Assembly: GCA_963799775.1 (NCBI GenBank) | Contig: CAWCYD010000003.1 | Coordinates: forward strand, 1,992,128 to 2,056,127 | Direction: 5' to 3' | DNA from: an uncultured archaeon | GTDB taxonomy: Archaea > Thermoproteota > Nitrososphaeria > Nitrososphaerales > Gagatemarchaeaceae | Length of the DNA stretch: 64,000 bases | Shown here: one piece after another, positions 1-9,886 of the stretch | How positions within the stretch are numbered: the stretch's first letter is position 1 | Layout: each line of letters starts with the position of its first letter | The notes under the pieces: generated by a model | The model's input: the letters and a program-made list of their open reading frames with translations, nothing else | Databases searched by the model: none | What the model was told of the DNA's origin: nothing | Program-made: the position numbers and the translations under genes

Positions 1-331
1 CTATCGTGAAAGTATTGTCAAAATACCGTGGTTGTCTTGATGGTTTTTCATTAGACCTAGATTGGCAATCCAGATTTAACAGCCAATTGTCAAACACATG
101 ATTGGAAACCTCGGGAATTAGTGCTAGTTCTCCTGATGTCTAGTCTTGTCTCCCTAGTTCTATTTGTAATGAAGCAAAAAGGCTTCAAAGTCGATAGAGC
201 CTTTCCGTGGTACTGTCCAGGGTTCGTTCGTTCTGGCGTAAGATTGGTTCGGCATCAAACGACACCTCGGCAGAACAATCAAAGGAATACCATTATCTGA
301 GGCATCCTCTCGAGACGGAAGCAAGCTCTCC

Positions 332-1338
332 TTGAACGTCGACCCGAAGCTCGTGAAGTATCCCTTCCTCAGGTCCGCCAGGGACTTCCTCGTCTCGTAT
401 CCGCTGGACGAGGTGGTGGAGTCGGTCTACAAGCCGATCCTCGACCAGGCGCGCTACCGCCTCACCCTCGCGGTGAGGAACCCCAACTTCGACGTCCAGA
501 ACGTGCGCCTTCTGGGCTACCAGCCCTACGCCAGATGGAGCAAGGACACTAGGAACCCGGAGGACGTGATAGAGTTCTACAGCTACTTCGTCGCGGTCCT
601 CGCCTCGAAGAACGAGCCTTACCTGACCCTTGCCCTTGCGAGGACAGAGGCTGCAAGGGCCAAGTCGTTCTTCATCAAGGAGCCGCCGGAGCAGATGATA
701 GCCCTCCTCAAGGAAGCTGCGGGTCTTGAGCTCAAGCTCCTCGAGCCTGAGCGCGGGGGAGGGGGCCAAGACGTGATAACGTGTCCCTTTGAGAAGTACG
801 TCGAGGTGGTCACCGAATACGAGCTCACGAGGGAGGCGAGGTGGCAGCTGGTCAACACACGGCTCTCGGGAGGACTGATCTACTTCACGGTCAACGACAT
901 CAAGGACCTCTTCGCCGCCCTCGTCCAGGGCCTGATGATCTCGGGCATGAGGTCGCTCAGGGCTTCGCCGGTCCCCGGCTTCGTCCGCTCCCTGGTGGAC
1001 GAGTTCAGGTCGCTGATACCGAGGCCTCCCACACGCCAGCAGAACCAGTTCGACTACATCAAGCGCCTGCTCGAGCATCCCATCACGGACGGGAGGCACC
1101 GCGTGATCTGGCTGATACTCGCGCCCTACTTCACCACGATCAGGGGGATGGACGAGGCTTCAGCGACGGACGCGGTCCTCTCCTACATAGGGGCTCGCGA
1201 TACAAGCAGTTCATCCGCTACAACGTCCGGAGGGCCATGCGTAGCGGGCTCTTCCCGCTCTCGGAGCAGTCGATAATGAAGAACCACCCCGACGTGATGG
1301 CGGTGCTCCCAAAGGGCGTGCTAAAGGAAGCACAATAA
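332..1338 (+). CDS. priL: DNA primase large subunit, PriL N-domain fused to a PriX-like C-domain (frameshift ~1195)
   Basis: N-terminal KYPFL motif and the W-x-LVNxxLxxGxIY segment of PriL. C-terminal YIKRLLEHPITDGRHRVIWLILAPY is PriX-like. The reading continues in ORF 841..1338 (YKQFIRYNVRRA...PLS). Confidence 0.85.
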
Positions 1339-1370
1339 GGAAAGAGAAGCCCTTGGAGAAAACGGTTCTT

Positions 1371-1478
1371 CTAGAACGGCGGAGACGGCCTGTTGATCAG
1401 GGCATAGGCCGAGGCCCTCGCCTTCAGCTCCTCCTCCGTGAGCGGCTTCTTCCGCTCCTCAGCAAGAATCTGAGCCAT
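1371..1478 (-). CDS. putative 35-aa small protein MAQILAEERKKPLTEEELKARASAYALINRPSPPF
   Basis: ATG at 1478, host-like GC3-rich codons, and TTAAAG about 30 nt upstream on the minus strand. Confidence 0.45.
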   Translation of the reverse strand: MAQILAEERKKPLTEEELKARASAYALINRPSPPF

Positions 1479-1504
1479 TGCAGCAATTAGAACGGGCTCC
1501 GGCC

Positions 1505-1605
1505 GCTTTAAGGATTTGCATAGAATACGTATGTCATCTACAATATATCGATATTCTTCGTAATACATGTACAAAGCGTATATTTCCAGTAATTTTATAA
1601 TCTGC
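1505..1605. promoter_or_regulatory. AT-rich divergent promoter region with short palindromes and a TATA box (TTTTATAA ~1593-1600)
   Basis: Very AT-rich island in a GC-rich context. Palindromes ATACGTAT (1525-1532), ATATCGATAT (1545-1554) and TACATGTA (1564-1571). Confidence 0.55.
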
Positions 1606-1623
1606 GGCGGGGAACGAGGGACC

Positions 1624-2619
1624 GTGCAAGTCCGAAGAGTCCAGGCCACGGCAGGGGGCACCTTCATGATCACGGTGCCCAAGGAGTGGGTGGAGAAGCT
1701 CCAGCTCAAGAAAGGCGACCTCGTCTCGACCGAGCTGGACGAGGGGAGCCTCGTCATCACGCCGACCGCCCCGAAGTATGCGGGGCACTCCAGGACCATC
1801 GACATAGACCAGCTCAAGGACCAGAGGTTCCTCGACCTCGGGATCACCGCCTCGTACATCCAGGGCAACGACGTGACTAGGATCTTCTCCTCGAGCAACA
1901 AGATGCAGCCCCGGCACAAGCAGATGATCCGGCAGACACTCGAGGGGATAATGGGGGTCGAGGTCTCCGAGGACTACGCCGATCACGTGGACCTCATCAA
2001 CCTCATCGACCCGGCCAAGTTCTACCTCATCGAGACGGTCGAGAGGTTCTCGGCCACCTCCACCGCCGTCCTGAACGACGCCGTCACGGCCCTCGACAAG
2101 GGGGACGCCACCCTCGCCCAGGACTCCTTCTCCAGGGGAACGGAGAGCACCAAGCTCTACAGGCTGATAATGCGGCTCGCGTTCCAGGCAGCGAAGAGCA
2201 GGAAGCTCAGGGAGGAGATGCAGCTCGCCGACGTCTCCCAGGTGATAGTGATGACAATCGCCACGAGGGAGCTGGGGAGGATCGCATACTACTCGATGTG
2301 GGTCGCGCAGCACGTCGCCGCGCTCACGCAGGGGCCCGACCGAGACTACGTCTCGATAGTCCAGAGGATGTCGAAGACCACCTCCGACATGCAGGCGCTC
2401 GCGCTCAAGGCACTGCTCTCGAAGGACATCGTCTCAGCCAACGCGGTCTTCCAGAAGATGCCGCAGGTTAGGCAGCTCTACGAGAGCGGCTACAAGCTGC
2501 CCGTCGCCTACGAGGAGAAGAACGCCTACCGCCTCTCGCTCATACTCAGGGATATCCGGGGGATCGCAGGCTACGCGGTGGCGCTCGCGGACGACGCCGT
2601 CCTCGGAATATTCGCGTAG
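1624..2619 (+). CDS. AbrB-domain + PhoU-repeat transcriptional/phosphate-uptake regulator
   Basis: N-terminal RRVQATAGGTFMITVPKEWV...LKKGDLV is the AbrB motif of archaeal PhoU regulators, followed by PhoU helical repeats (ELGRIAYY, IRGIAGYA). GTG start at 1624 follows the TATA box. Confidence 0.85.
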   Translation: MQVRRVQATAGGTFMITVPKEWVEKLQLKKGDLVSTELDEGSLVITPTAPKYAGHSRTIDIDQLKDQRFLDLGITASYIQGNDVTRIFSSSNKMQPRHKQMIRQTLEGIMGVEVSEDYADHVDLINLIDPAKFYLIETVERFSATSTAVLNDAVTALDKGDATLAQDSFSRGTESTKLYRLIMRLAFQAAKSRKLREEMQLADVSQVIVMTIATRELGRIAYYSMWVAQHVAALTQGPDRDYVSIVQRMSKTTSDMQALALKALLSKDIVSANAVFQKMPQVRQLYESGYKLPVAYEEKNAYRLSLILRDIRGIAGYAVALADDAVLGIFA

Positions 2620-2636
2620 ACCCGGGGTCGAGGGCC

Positions 2637-4034
2637 TTGCCAAGAAAGCGGTCGCGGCGGACTCCCAAGAAAGCACGCTTCCCCCTCGCGCGCCGGCTCG
2701 CTAGGATCAGCGGCCCGGAGAACGTCATCGAGGGAGGGCAGAGGTTCGAGGAGTTCACCGAGGACATGGCGGGATACAAGGCGACCCCTGCTGTCGTCGT
2801 CAGGCCCGGCTCGGAGGCAGAGGTCGTCAAGATAGTCGCGCTCGCCTCTGCGGCGAAGCTCCCGATCGTCCCGAGGGGCGGGGGGAGCAGCCTCACAGGG
2901 GCCTCGGTCTCCAAGGGCGCCATCATCGTCGACATGAGGCGGATGGACGCGATCCTCAAGGTGGACACGGTGAACTGGCACGTCCGGGCCCAGGCGGGCA
3001 TCACGCTCGAGGACCTCAACAAGGCCCTGGCGAAGCACGGCTTCTTCTTCCCGCCCGACCCCGCGAGCAGCTCGATCTGCACGGTGGGAGGGGCAATCGC
3101 GGAGGGGTCTGGAGGCCTGCGGTGCGTGAAGTACGGGACGATGAAGGACTGGGTGCTCGCCCTCCGTGTCGTGCTAGCCAACGGCAAGACATCGAACTTT
3201 GGCGAGCCGCTCGCCAAGAACCGGGCCGGGTTCGACCTCGTCCACCTGATGGTGGGGAGCGAAGGGACCCTGGGCATAGTCACGGAGGCCCACCTGAAGA
3301 TGATCCCTATCCCGACCACGAAGACGAGGCGCCTACTCCTCACATTCGCGGACTGGCGCTTGGCTGGGGACGCCATCTGCAGCCTGCGGGCGGCGAAGAT
3401 AATGCCGCACATGTTCGAGTTCCTCGACAGGGACGTCATCCGGGCTTTGAACGAGAAGCTCCAGGCGCACCAGGACGAGGCCGAGGCGACCCTCATCGTG
3501 GACATCGAAGAGCCGGACCTCGAAGCGGCCATGAGGATCTTCAAGCCGCTCAAGGTCTCCATCGCCAGGGACGAGAAGGAGGCGGAGGAGTTCTACCAGA
3601 TCCGCTCGATGGCCTACCTCGCCATCCGCGACATGGCGTCCGCCGTCCAGGTGGAGGACATCACGGTCCCCTTGGACAAGCTCACCGAGTACATGATGAA
3701 AGTCAAGGAGGTGGCCTCGAAGTATGGCCTGAGGATACCGGTCAACGGCCACGCAGGGGACGGGAACGTCCACCCGGTCATCCTCTACGACAAGGATGAC
3801 AGGAAGAGCCGCGAGGCCGCCCACGGGGCCTTCGAGGAGATATGCCGCTACGGGATTGAGCTGGGGGGCTCGGTGACCGGAGAGCACGGCGTAGGGGTGC
3901 AGAAGCCCAGGTTCCTCAGGGAGCAGCTGATCGCCCACGACGCGAGGGAGTCTCTCAGGCTCATGAAGGGCATCAAGAAGCTCTTCGACCCCGAGGGGAT
4001 AATGAACCCGGGCAAGTACGTGGAGGCCGCATGA
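2637..4034 (+). CDS. FAD-linked oxidase, GlcD/D-lactate dehydrogenase family
   Basis: PRGGGSSLTG, FFPPDPASS, GSEGTLG, GHAGDGNVH, GEHGVG and MNPGK motifs. Confidence 0.9.
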   Translation: MPRKRSRRTPKKARFPLARRLARISGPENVIEGGQRFEEFTEDMAGYKATPAVVVRPGSEAEVVKIVALASAAKLPIVPRGGGSSLTGASVSKGAIIVDMRRMDAILKVDTVNWHVRAQAGITLEDLNKALAKHGFFFPPDPASSSICTVGGAIAEGSGGLRCVKYGTMKDWVLALRVVLANGKTSNFGEPLAKNRAGFDLVHLMVGSEGTLGIVTEAHLKMIPIPTTKTRRLLLTFADWRLAGDAICSLRAAKIMPHMFEFLDRDVIRALNEKLQAHQDEAEATLIVDIEEPDLEAAMRIFKPLKVSIARDEKEAEEFYQIRSMAYLAIRDMASAVQVEDITVPLDKLTEYMMKVKEVASKYGLRIPVNGHAGDGNVHPVILYDKDDRKSREAAHGAFEEICRYGIELGGSVTGEHGVGVQKPRFLREQLIAHDARESLRLMKGIKKLFDPEGIMNPGKYVEAA

Positions 4035-5047
4035 AGCTCCACGCGGGCTTCGACGGCGGGGGCACGAGGACCACCTGCGTCCTCTGCGACTCGCGGGGAG
4101 TGGTGCTCGGCGTCGGCACGGGCGGTCCCGCTAACTACCACAACAGGGGAGTGGAAGACGCTCTCGCTTCTCTCAAGGGGTCCTTCGACCAGGCCCTTGC
4201 CCGTTCGGGCCTTGCCGACGAGCGGCTGGCCTTGGAGGCGTGCTTCGGGCTCGCCGGCCTCGACTCCCCCAAGGACTTTCAGATAATGCGCGGCGCGATA
4301 CGCTCCATGACGCTCGCTAAAGGTGCGGGCCGAGGAACGAGATATATGGTCGAGAACGACTGGCGCACCGCCATCGCTGGGGCCTTCATCGCCTCTCCAG
4401 GCGTGGTCCTCATCGCCGGCACGGGGTGCGTCGCGGCAGCCCAGCGCGGGGGCGAGGTGGTGAGGGTCGGCGGATGGGGCCTGGTCGTCGACGACAGGGG
4501 GAGCGGCTACGACATCGGAAGGGACGCGCTCTACGCCGCGATGAGGGACTACGACGGGAGGGGCCCGAAGACGGCCCTCCTCGGGATGACGATGAGGAAG
4601 CTCAAGGTGAAGGAGCCGCAAGGGATCATCGAGCGGGTCTACGCAGAGAGAATGCCCGCCTCTGAGATCGCCTCCCTCGCCGTCCTCGTCAGCCAGGCAG
4701 CGGCCTCCGGCGACAACGTCGCCATCGAGATCTTGAGGGCGAAGGGCAGGATTCTCGGGGAGCTGGTCGTCTCGGCCGCCTCAAAGCTCGACATGCTCTC
4801 GACGCGCTTCGGCGTCTTCCTCAACGGAGGCGTCTTCAAGGCAGGCCCGCCCCTCTTGGAGCCTCTGGAGGAGACGATTCGCGCGTCTGCCCCTCACGCC
4901 GTGTTCGTCGAACCCAAACTTCCTCCGGCATGCGGCGCCCTCATCCTCTCTTTGGGGAAGGCCGGCACCAAGGTCGACTCCCGCTTGGTCGCCAGGATGC
5001 GCGCCTCGCTCAACAAGGCGGGCGCGAAGATCGGGCCTTCAGGCTGA
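4031..5047 (+). CDS. BadF/BadG/BcrA/BcrD-family sugar kinase (N-acetylglucosamine kinase-like)
   Basis: GFDGGGTRT, VEND, LIAGTG and RVGGWG...DDRGSGYDIG motifs. ATGA overlap with the upstream gene. Confidence 0.88.
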   Translation: MKLHAGFDGGGTRTTCVLCDSRGVVLGVGTGGPANYHNRGVEDALASLKGSFDQALARSGLADERLALEACFGLAGLDSPKDFQIMRGAIRSMTLAKGAGRGTRYMVENDWRTAIAGAFIASPGVVLIAGTGCVAAAQRGGEVVRVGGWGLVVDDRGSGYDIGRDALYAAMRDYDGRGPKTALLGMTMRKLKVKEPQGIIERVYAERMPASEIASLAVLVSQAAASGDNVAIEILRAKGRILGELVVSAASKLDMLSTRFGVFLNGGVFKAGPPLLEPLEETIRASAPHAVFVEPKLPPACGALILSLGKAGTKVDSRLVARMRASLNKAGAKIGPSG

Positions 5048-6766
5048 CTTGCGGACGTTTCTCTCCAGCACACGCTGGACGACGACCATCGCCGAGATTG
5101 CGCAAATGAGGATCAGGAAGAGGACGACGCAGCCCGCCGCGAAGGACTGCTCCGACCCCGGGTTCCCGCTCGAGTAGAAGCTCCACAGGAGCGTCGAGAA
5201 GAGCTGGTTGCTCGACGACTGGAGGAGGAGCACGGCGCCGAGGGCGTTGAAGCTCCCGATGAAGACGTAGAGCCACGCGCCTGCGATGCTGGGCCTCGCG
5301 AGTGGGAGGAAGATCCGCCTTATCGTCGTTGTGGCGCTCGCGCCCGAGGCCCGCGCGGCCTCCTGAAGCTCCATCTGGACCTGGACCACGCCGCCGCTTA
5401 TCGACCTGATCCCCTGCGGCAGGAGGCTCACCGTGAGCGCGATGACCATCACCCCAAGCGTCCCGTAGAGGCCCGTCGGGATGGTGAGGAACGCCCAGAG
5501 CAAGCCGAAGCTCAGCACTAGCGCCGGGATGGAGATGGGGAACATCCCCAGGCCTTCCAGAAGGCCGCGCCCCCTGATCTTGGTTCTCCTCGCCGCGAAG
5601 ACGATCGCCAGGGCGACCATCGAGATCACGCTGGCCGAGACCACCGACGCGATGATGCTGTTGCTCAGCGCGGGGAACGCGCCCGAGCTACCCGAGAGGA
5701 GGAACTTGAAGTTGGCCAGTCCGATGTTCCCGAAGAGGTTGTAGGGGTTCCAGCCTGGGACGAGCGAGAGCAGCGTGATCGTGAAGAGGGGGAGCGCCAC
5801 CGCGAGCAGGAGGTATGCCACCAGGATCACCAGCGCCAGATACTTCCATCTCCCGAGGGAGAGGGCCCGCCCGCTCGAGTATCCCCTGCCCGTGACGACC
5901 TCGAACTGCCTGGAGTGCCCGAGCGACCTGTTGTAGAGGTAGACCATCGCCATGACTATCAGGAAGAGGAGCACAGACTCTGTGCTCGCCTTCGCGTAGT
6001 TCGGGAGCCCTCCGTAGAGGTTGTCATAGACCGAGGACATCATCACGGTTATCCCCGCGGGGAGGCCTATCATCGTAGGGGTCTCGAAGGAGCCGGCGGA
6101 GAGGGTGAAGCAAAGCAGGAAGGCCGAGAAGATGGCGGGGGTCATGAGGGGTATCGAGACCCTGACGAGCGTGTTGAGCACCCCCGCCCCGGATGACCTG
6201 CTCGCCTCCTCCAGGGACGTGTCCATGTTCCGCATCGAAGCGGCGATCGTGAGATACGCGAACGGGGTCAGGGCCATCGCGCTGGCGAATATCATCCCCG
6301 GCCAGCTGAAGATGTTGAAGGTCGATGCGGAGAGACCTATGTCGTGGGCCACTAGGTTGAGGAGGCCTGCCCTCCTCGCGAAGACGTAGATCCATGCCTG
6401 GTTCGCGATCAGGACGGGGAAGGCCAGCGAGAAGTATGGGAAGTAGAAGAGGACCCGTCGGAAGGGGGTGTCGGCCCTCACCGTGATTAGCCCGAGGAGC
6501 GTCCCCAGGGCCACCGCTATCGTCGCTGCGCTGCCCGCGGCGATGAACGTGTTTAGCACGGTCGAATATGTCTCGCCGTAGCTCAACAGGGCCTCGTAGT
6601 TCGCGAGGGTGTAGCGGCCTGAGAGCCCCGGCTCGCCGCTCCAGAAGCTGCTCTGGATCGTGAAGAAGACTGGATAAAGGATGAAGACCGCGAGGACGGC
6701 GATTCCCGCAAGGAGAGCTATCGTGGAGAGGCTACGGATTGATGACTTTCCCGCGTTCGCCGTCAA
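5039..6766 (-). CDS. Fe3+/AfuB/ThiP-type ABC transporter permease (two EAA loops)
   Basis: Multiple TM helices; LEEASRSSGA and LQEAARASGA loops. Probable TTG start at 6766. Confidence 0.88.
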   Translation of the reverse strand: MTANAGKSSIRSLSTIALLAGIAVLAVFILYPVFFTIQSSFWSGEPGLSGRYTLANYEALLSYGETYSTVLNTFIAAGSAATIAVALGTLLGLITVRADTPFRRVLFYFPYFSLAFPVLIANQAWIYVFARRAGLLNLVAHDIGLSASTFNIFSWPGMIFASAMALTPFAYLTIAASMRNMDTSLEEASRSSGAGVLNTLVRVSIPLMTPAIFSAFLLCFTLSAGSFETPTMIGLPAGITVMMSSVYDNLYGGLPNYAKASTESVLLFLIVMAMVYLYNRSLGHSRQFEVVTGRGYSSGRALSLGRWKYLALVILVAYLLLAVALPLFTITLLSLVPGWNPYNLFGNIGLANFKFLLSGSSGAFPALSNSIIASVVSASVISMVALAIVFAARRTKIRGRGLLEGLGMFPISIPALVLSFGLLWAFLTIPTGLYGTLGVMVIALTVSLLPQGIRSISGGVVQVQMELQEAARASGASATTTIRRIFLPLARPSIAGAWLYVFIGSFNALGAVLLLQSSSNQLFSTLLWSFYSSGNPGSEQSFAAGCVVLFLILICAISAMVVVQRVLERNVRKSA

Positions 6767-6798
6767 CGTGGCCCCGCTCCCCTTGCGGTCCCCCGCGA

Positions 6799-7986
6799 CT
6801 AGGACTTCATGAACTGGAAGGTCTGCGCCCACGCTGTCGCGCTGGTCGCGAGCACAGGGGTCGGGAAGTAGATCTGCGGGGCGTTGATCGCGCCTGGGTC
6901 GAAGGTGGCAATCTCAGACTTTAGCGACCACTTTGCGTTCACGTTCTGGTTCACGGGTGTCCTGACGTTAATGTTTCCCCAGGCGGCCTGCCCCGCGGGC
7001 GAGGCCATGAAGTCGACCAGGAGCTTCGCGGCGTTGGGATGGAGCGCGCCCTTGAGGATGGCCGCGCTCGAAGGAGTAAGCATGAGCGGGAGACCTGTGA
7101 TGTTCAGGAACTTCAGCGGCTGACCGGCTTGGATGTCCGGGGCCGCCTCTTGCATGTATCCGCCGACGCAGATGGCGAACAAGCCCTGGGCCACGTCGTT
7201 CATGCAGCTCGTCGTGGTCGGGACGATCGTCGGAGAGGTCGCGTTCTTCAGGTCGTGCAGGAACGTGTAGACCGTGTTGTTGCCCAACGCGTTGGCGAGA
7301 GACGCCCAGTATTGGGTGAAGGCCGTCCCGGTGGTCGGGTCGTCCATCACGACCTCTCCCTTGAACTGGGAATTGGCGACTTGGGCCATCGTCGTGGGCA
7401 CGCTCGACGCGCTGATCATCTTCGTGTTATAGGCCCAGCCGAAGGCCAGCTCGATGACCGGCGTGCTCTGCTGGAGGGGGTCAGAGACGTTCTTCGGGAA
7501 AGCAGATGCATAAGGCGAGACGTATGGGGCGACCACGTTGTCCAACGGCTCCAGCTGGTAGAGTGTCGTCGCGGCCTGGAGCAAGATATCCGCGCTGTGG
7601 CCCTTGCTCGACAACTCTGACTCCACCTGCGGCACTGCCTGCGGAGGCTGGAGCGAGGTGTATGACACCTGGATGTTTGGGTAGACGGCGTTGAAGGCCG
7701 CTGTGACGTTCGCGAACTGCTGCGCGGTCGGGCTTCCATAGAGAGTGACGCTCCCTTCTGCGAGCGCGGCCTGATAGACGGCCGAGTCGTTCACGGTCGC
7801 CGTTGACGACGTCGTGCTCTGAGAGGTCGTCAAGGAAGTTGTCGAAGATGTCGACACGGTGCTCGTGCTAGACGAGGTCGTCTTCGAAGAGTTGGAATTC
7901 AACGCGACGGCGCCGACGACTATGATAATGATGACCACAACCGCGGCGATAATGACCATGCTCGAGATCCCGCGTCTTGTTCGCAT
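6799..7986 (-). CDS. ABC substrate-binding protein (AfuA/FbpA cluster), class III signal peptide, Ser/Thr linker
   Basis: MRTRRG|ISS followed by a hydrophobic helix and ST linker. AEGSVTLYGS, AYNTK, DPTTG and HPNAAKLLVDFMASPAGQ motifs. Confidence 0.88.
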   Translation of the reverse strand: MRTRRGISSMVIIAAVVVIIIIVVGAVALNSNSSKTTSSSTSTVSTSSTTSLTTSQSTTSSTATVNDSAVYQAALAEGSVTLYGSPTAQQFANVTAAFNAVYPNIQVSYTSLQPPQAVPQVESELSSKGHSADILLQAATTLYQLEPLDNVVAPYVSPYASAFPKNVSDPLQQSTPVIELAFGWAYNTKMISASSVPTTMAQVANSQFKGEVVMDDPTTGTAFTQYWASLANALGNNTVYTFLHDLKNATSPTIVPTTTSCMNDVAQGLFAICVGGYMQEAAPDIQAGQPLKFLNITGLPLMLTPSSAAILKGALHPNAAKLLVDFMASPAGQAAWGNINVRTPVNQNVNAKWSLKSEIATFDPGAINAPQIYFPTPVLATSATAWAQTFQFMKS

Positions 7987-8031
7987 CAGCGAAATCGAGG
8001 GCTCGCAGAGCCTATAAGGGTTGCATTAGGA

Positions 8032-9159
8032 TTATTCTAACTGAAGCTGCTTCCTGAACTCGACGGCCGTGCCAGATGGCAGGACAGAGCAGTACTCCTT
8101 CGGCAACGTGACGGAGACCTGCTCGCCGTCCACGAACGAGATGCTCTCCGAAGGCTTCACGACCTTGATCTTCAGCCGGCCCCCCATGGACACGAGCACC
8201 TCGGAGAACGCCCCAAGGTATGAGGTGAAGTCGACCTTGCCGCGGAAGACGTTCGTCCCCGCCTCTACTCCATTCCCCGCAGCAACGACGATGTTCTCGG
8301 GCTTGATGCTCACCACGACCTGGTCGCCCACTCCCACTGGGGTGGCCGGTTCGAGCTCGCCTTTCACGTCGCCCATCTCGGTGGTGACGACCGCCTCGTG
8401 TCCGGAGAGCCCGGACACCTCCCCAGGTATCAGGTTCGCCCTGCCCACGAAGGACGCGACGAAGTCGTTGGACGGCTTGGAGTAGACCTCCCTTGGCCTC
8501 CCGGAGGCCATCACCCTGCCCGCCCGCATGACGACCACCTTGTCCGAGATGGAGAGCGCCTCCCCCTGGTCGTGGGTCACGTAGATCGTAGTTATCCCGA
8601 GGGACTTTTGTATCCTCCTGACCTCGACTCGCACGATGTCCCTCAGGCTGGTGTCCAGGTTGCTGAGGGGCTCGTCGAGTAGGAGCACCTCAGGGTCGAA
8701 GACCAGGGCCCTCGCCAAGGCGATCCTCTGCTGCTGCCCTCCGCTCACCTGCGTGGCAGGCCTGTCGCCTAGGCCCGTGAGCCTCACCATGTCCATCACC
8801 TCGTTGACCTTCTTCTCGACCTCATGGTTCGACGTGTGCCTGATCTTGAGGGGGAACGCGATGTTGTCGAAGACCGTCATGTGGGGCCAGATCGCATAGG
8901 ACTGGAAGACTATCCCGACCCTCCTCTTCTCCGGCGGCAGGTTCGTGTCCTGAGAGTAGACCGTGTTGTCCCCTATCGCTATCACCCCCCTGTCGGGTGT
9001 CTCGAGGCCCGCTATGCATCGGAGCGTGGTGGTCTTCCCGCACCCGCTCGGCCCCAGCAACGTCGTCAGCGTCCCCTTCTCAAAGTCGACCGTGATGTCG
9101 TCGACGGCCACGATGTCCCCGTATCTCTTGGAGAGGTTGCTGACCCTGACCCCTTGCAT
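8032..9159 (-). CDS. ABC transporter ATP-binding protein (PotA/FbpC family, TOBE domain)
   Basis: GPSGCGKTT, SGGQQQR, LLLDEPLSNLD and VTHDQ motifs. Confidence 0.95.
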   Translation of the reverse strand: MQGVRVSNLSKRYGDIVAVDDITVDFEKGTLTTLLGPSGCGKTTTLRCIAGLETPDRGVIAIGDNTVYSQDTNLPPEKRRVGIVFQSYAIWPHMTVFDNIAFPLKIRHTSNHEVEKKVNEVMDMVRLTGLGDRPATQVSGGQQQRIALARALVFDPEVLLLDEPLSNLDTSLRDIVRVEVRRIQKSLGITTIYVTHDQGEALSISDKVVVMRAGRVMASGRPREVYSKPSNDFVASFVGRANLIPGEVSGLSGHEAVVTTEMGDVKGELEPATPVGVGDQVVVSIKPENIVVAAGNGVEAGTNVFRGKVDFTSYLGAFSEVLVSMGGRLKIKVVKPSESISFVDGEQVSVTLPKEYCSVLPSGTAVEFRKQLQLE

Positions 9160-9218
9160 CCTTCTTCGATTCGGCGGCTTTTCTGTTTAAAGCATTGCCT
9201 AGGGCGACGACCGCGTCC

Positions 9219-9734
9219 TCACCTTAGGAAGAGCGCCATCTCGACCTCGTCCTGAGGCTCTCCATCGATGTAGTATTGCCTCTTCTTGACCCCTTCCACC
9301 TGGAACCCGAACTTCTCGTATAGCCTGTAGGCCTTCTGGTTGCCCGAGAATACCGCCAGCTGGATCTTCTCTATGCCCTTCTGCGCCCTCGCCCACTCTA
9401 GGCTCCTCGCGATCAATTCCGTCCCGATCCCCATGCCCCGATGTCCTTTGATCACGAGCATGCCGAGGACGCGGACGTGGCTGGACTTCTTCACGTCTCC
9501 GTAGCGCGAGAGCGTCAGGCTCCCCACCAGATCGATGTCCTTCCCCTTCCTTACCTCGGCGACCAAGACGAGGCAATCCTTCCTCTTGAAGAGCCTCCCC
9601 ATCGACTTCTTCCTCTCCGTGGTCACCTCTTCGGTGAAGAGGTATCTGCCCTCGTCCGCGACGGACTGGACGTTCTTCGCGAACTGGTCGAGGTCGGGGG
9701 CCTTCGCCTTCCTGACTCTCACTGCGCTGCTCAC
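9219..9734 (-). CDS. GNAT-family N-acetyltransferase
   Basis: HRGMGIG acetyl-CoA motif and NQKAYRLYEKFGF. Confidence 0.9.
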   Translation of the reverse strand: MSSAVRVRKAKAPDLDQFAKNVQSVADEGRYLFTEEVTTERKKSMGRLFKRKDCLVLVAEVRKGKDIDLVGSLTLSRYGDVKKSSHVRVLGMLVIKGHRGMGIGTELIARSLEWARAQKGIEKIQLAVFSGNQKAYRLYEKFGFQVEGVKKRQYYIDGEPQDEVEMALFLR

Positions 9735-9886
9735 TGGCAGACTCCCTGCCTCTCAATCGACGCGTCGCGATAATAACCTGCTCGCTGCTCGCCGCCCATA
9801 GGCAACTGCACCAATCCCAATAAATACTCAAAGTGGTTCGGACGCCTCCTGCCCTCTCACATGGGCTCCGAACTCGTCACACGAAG

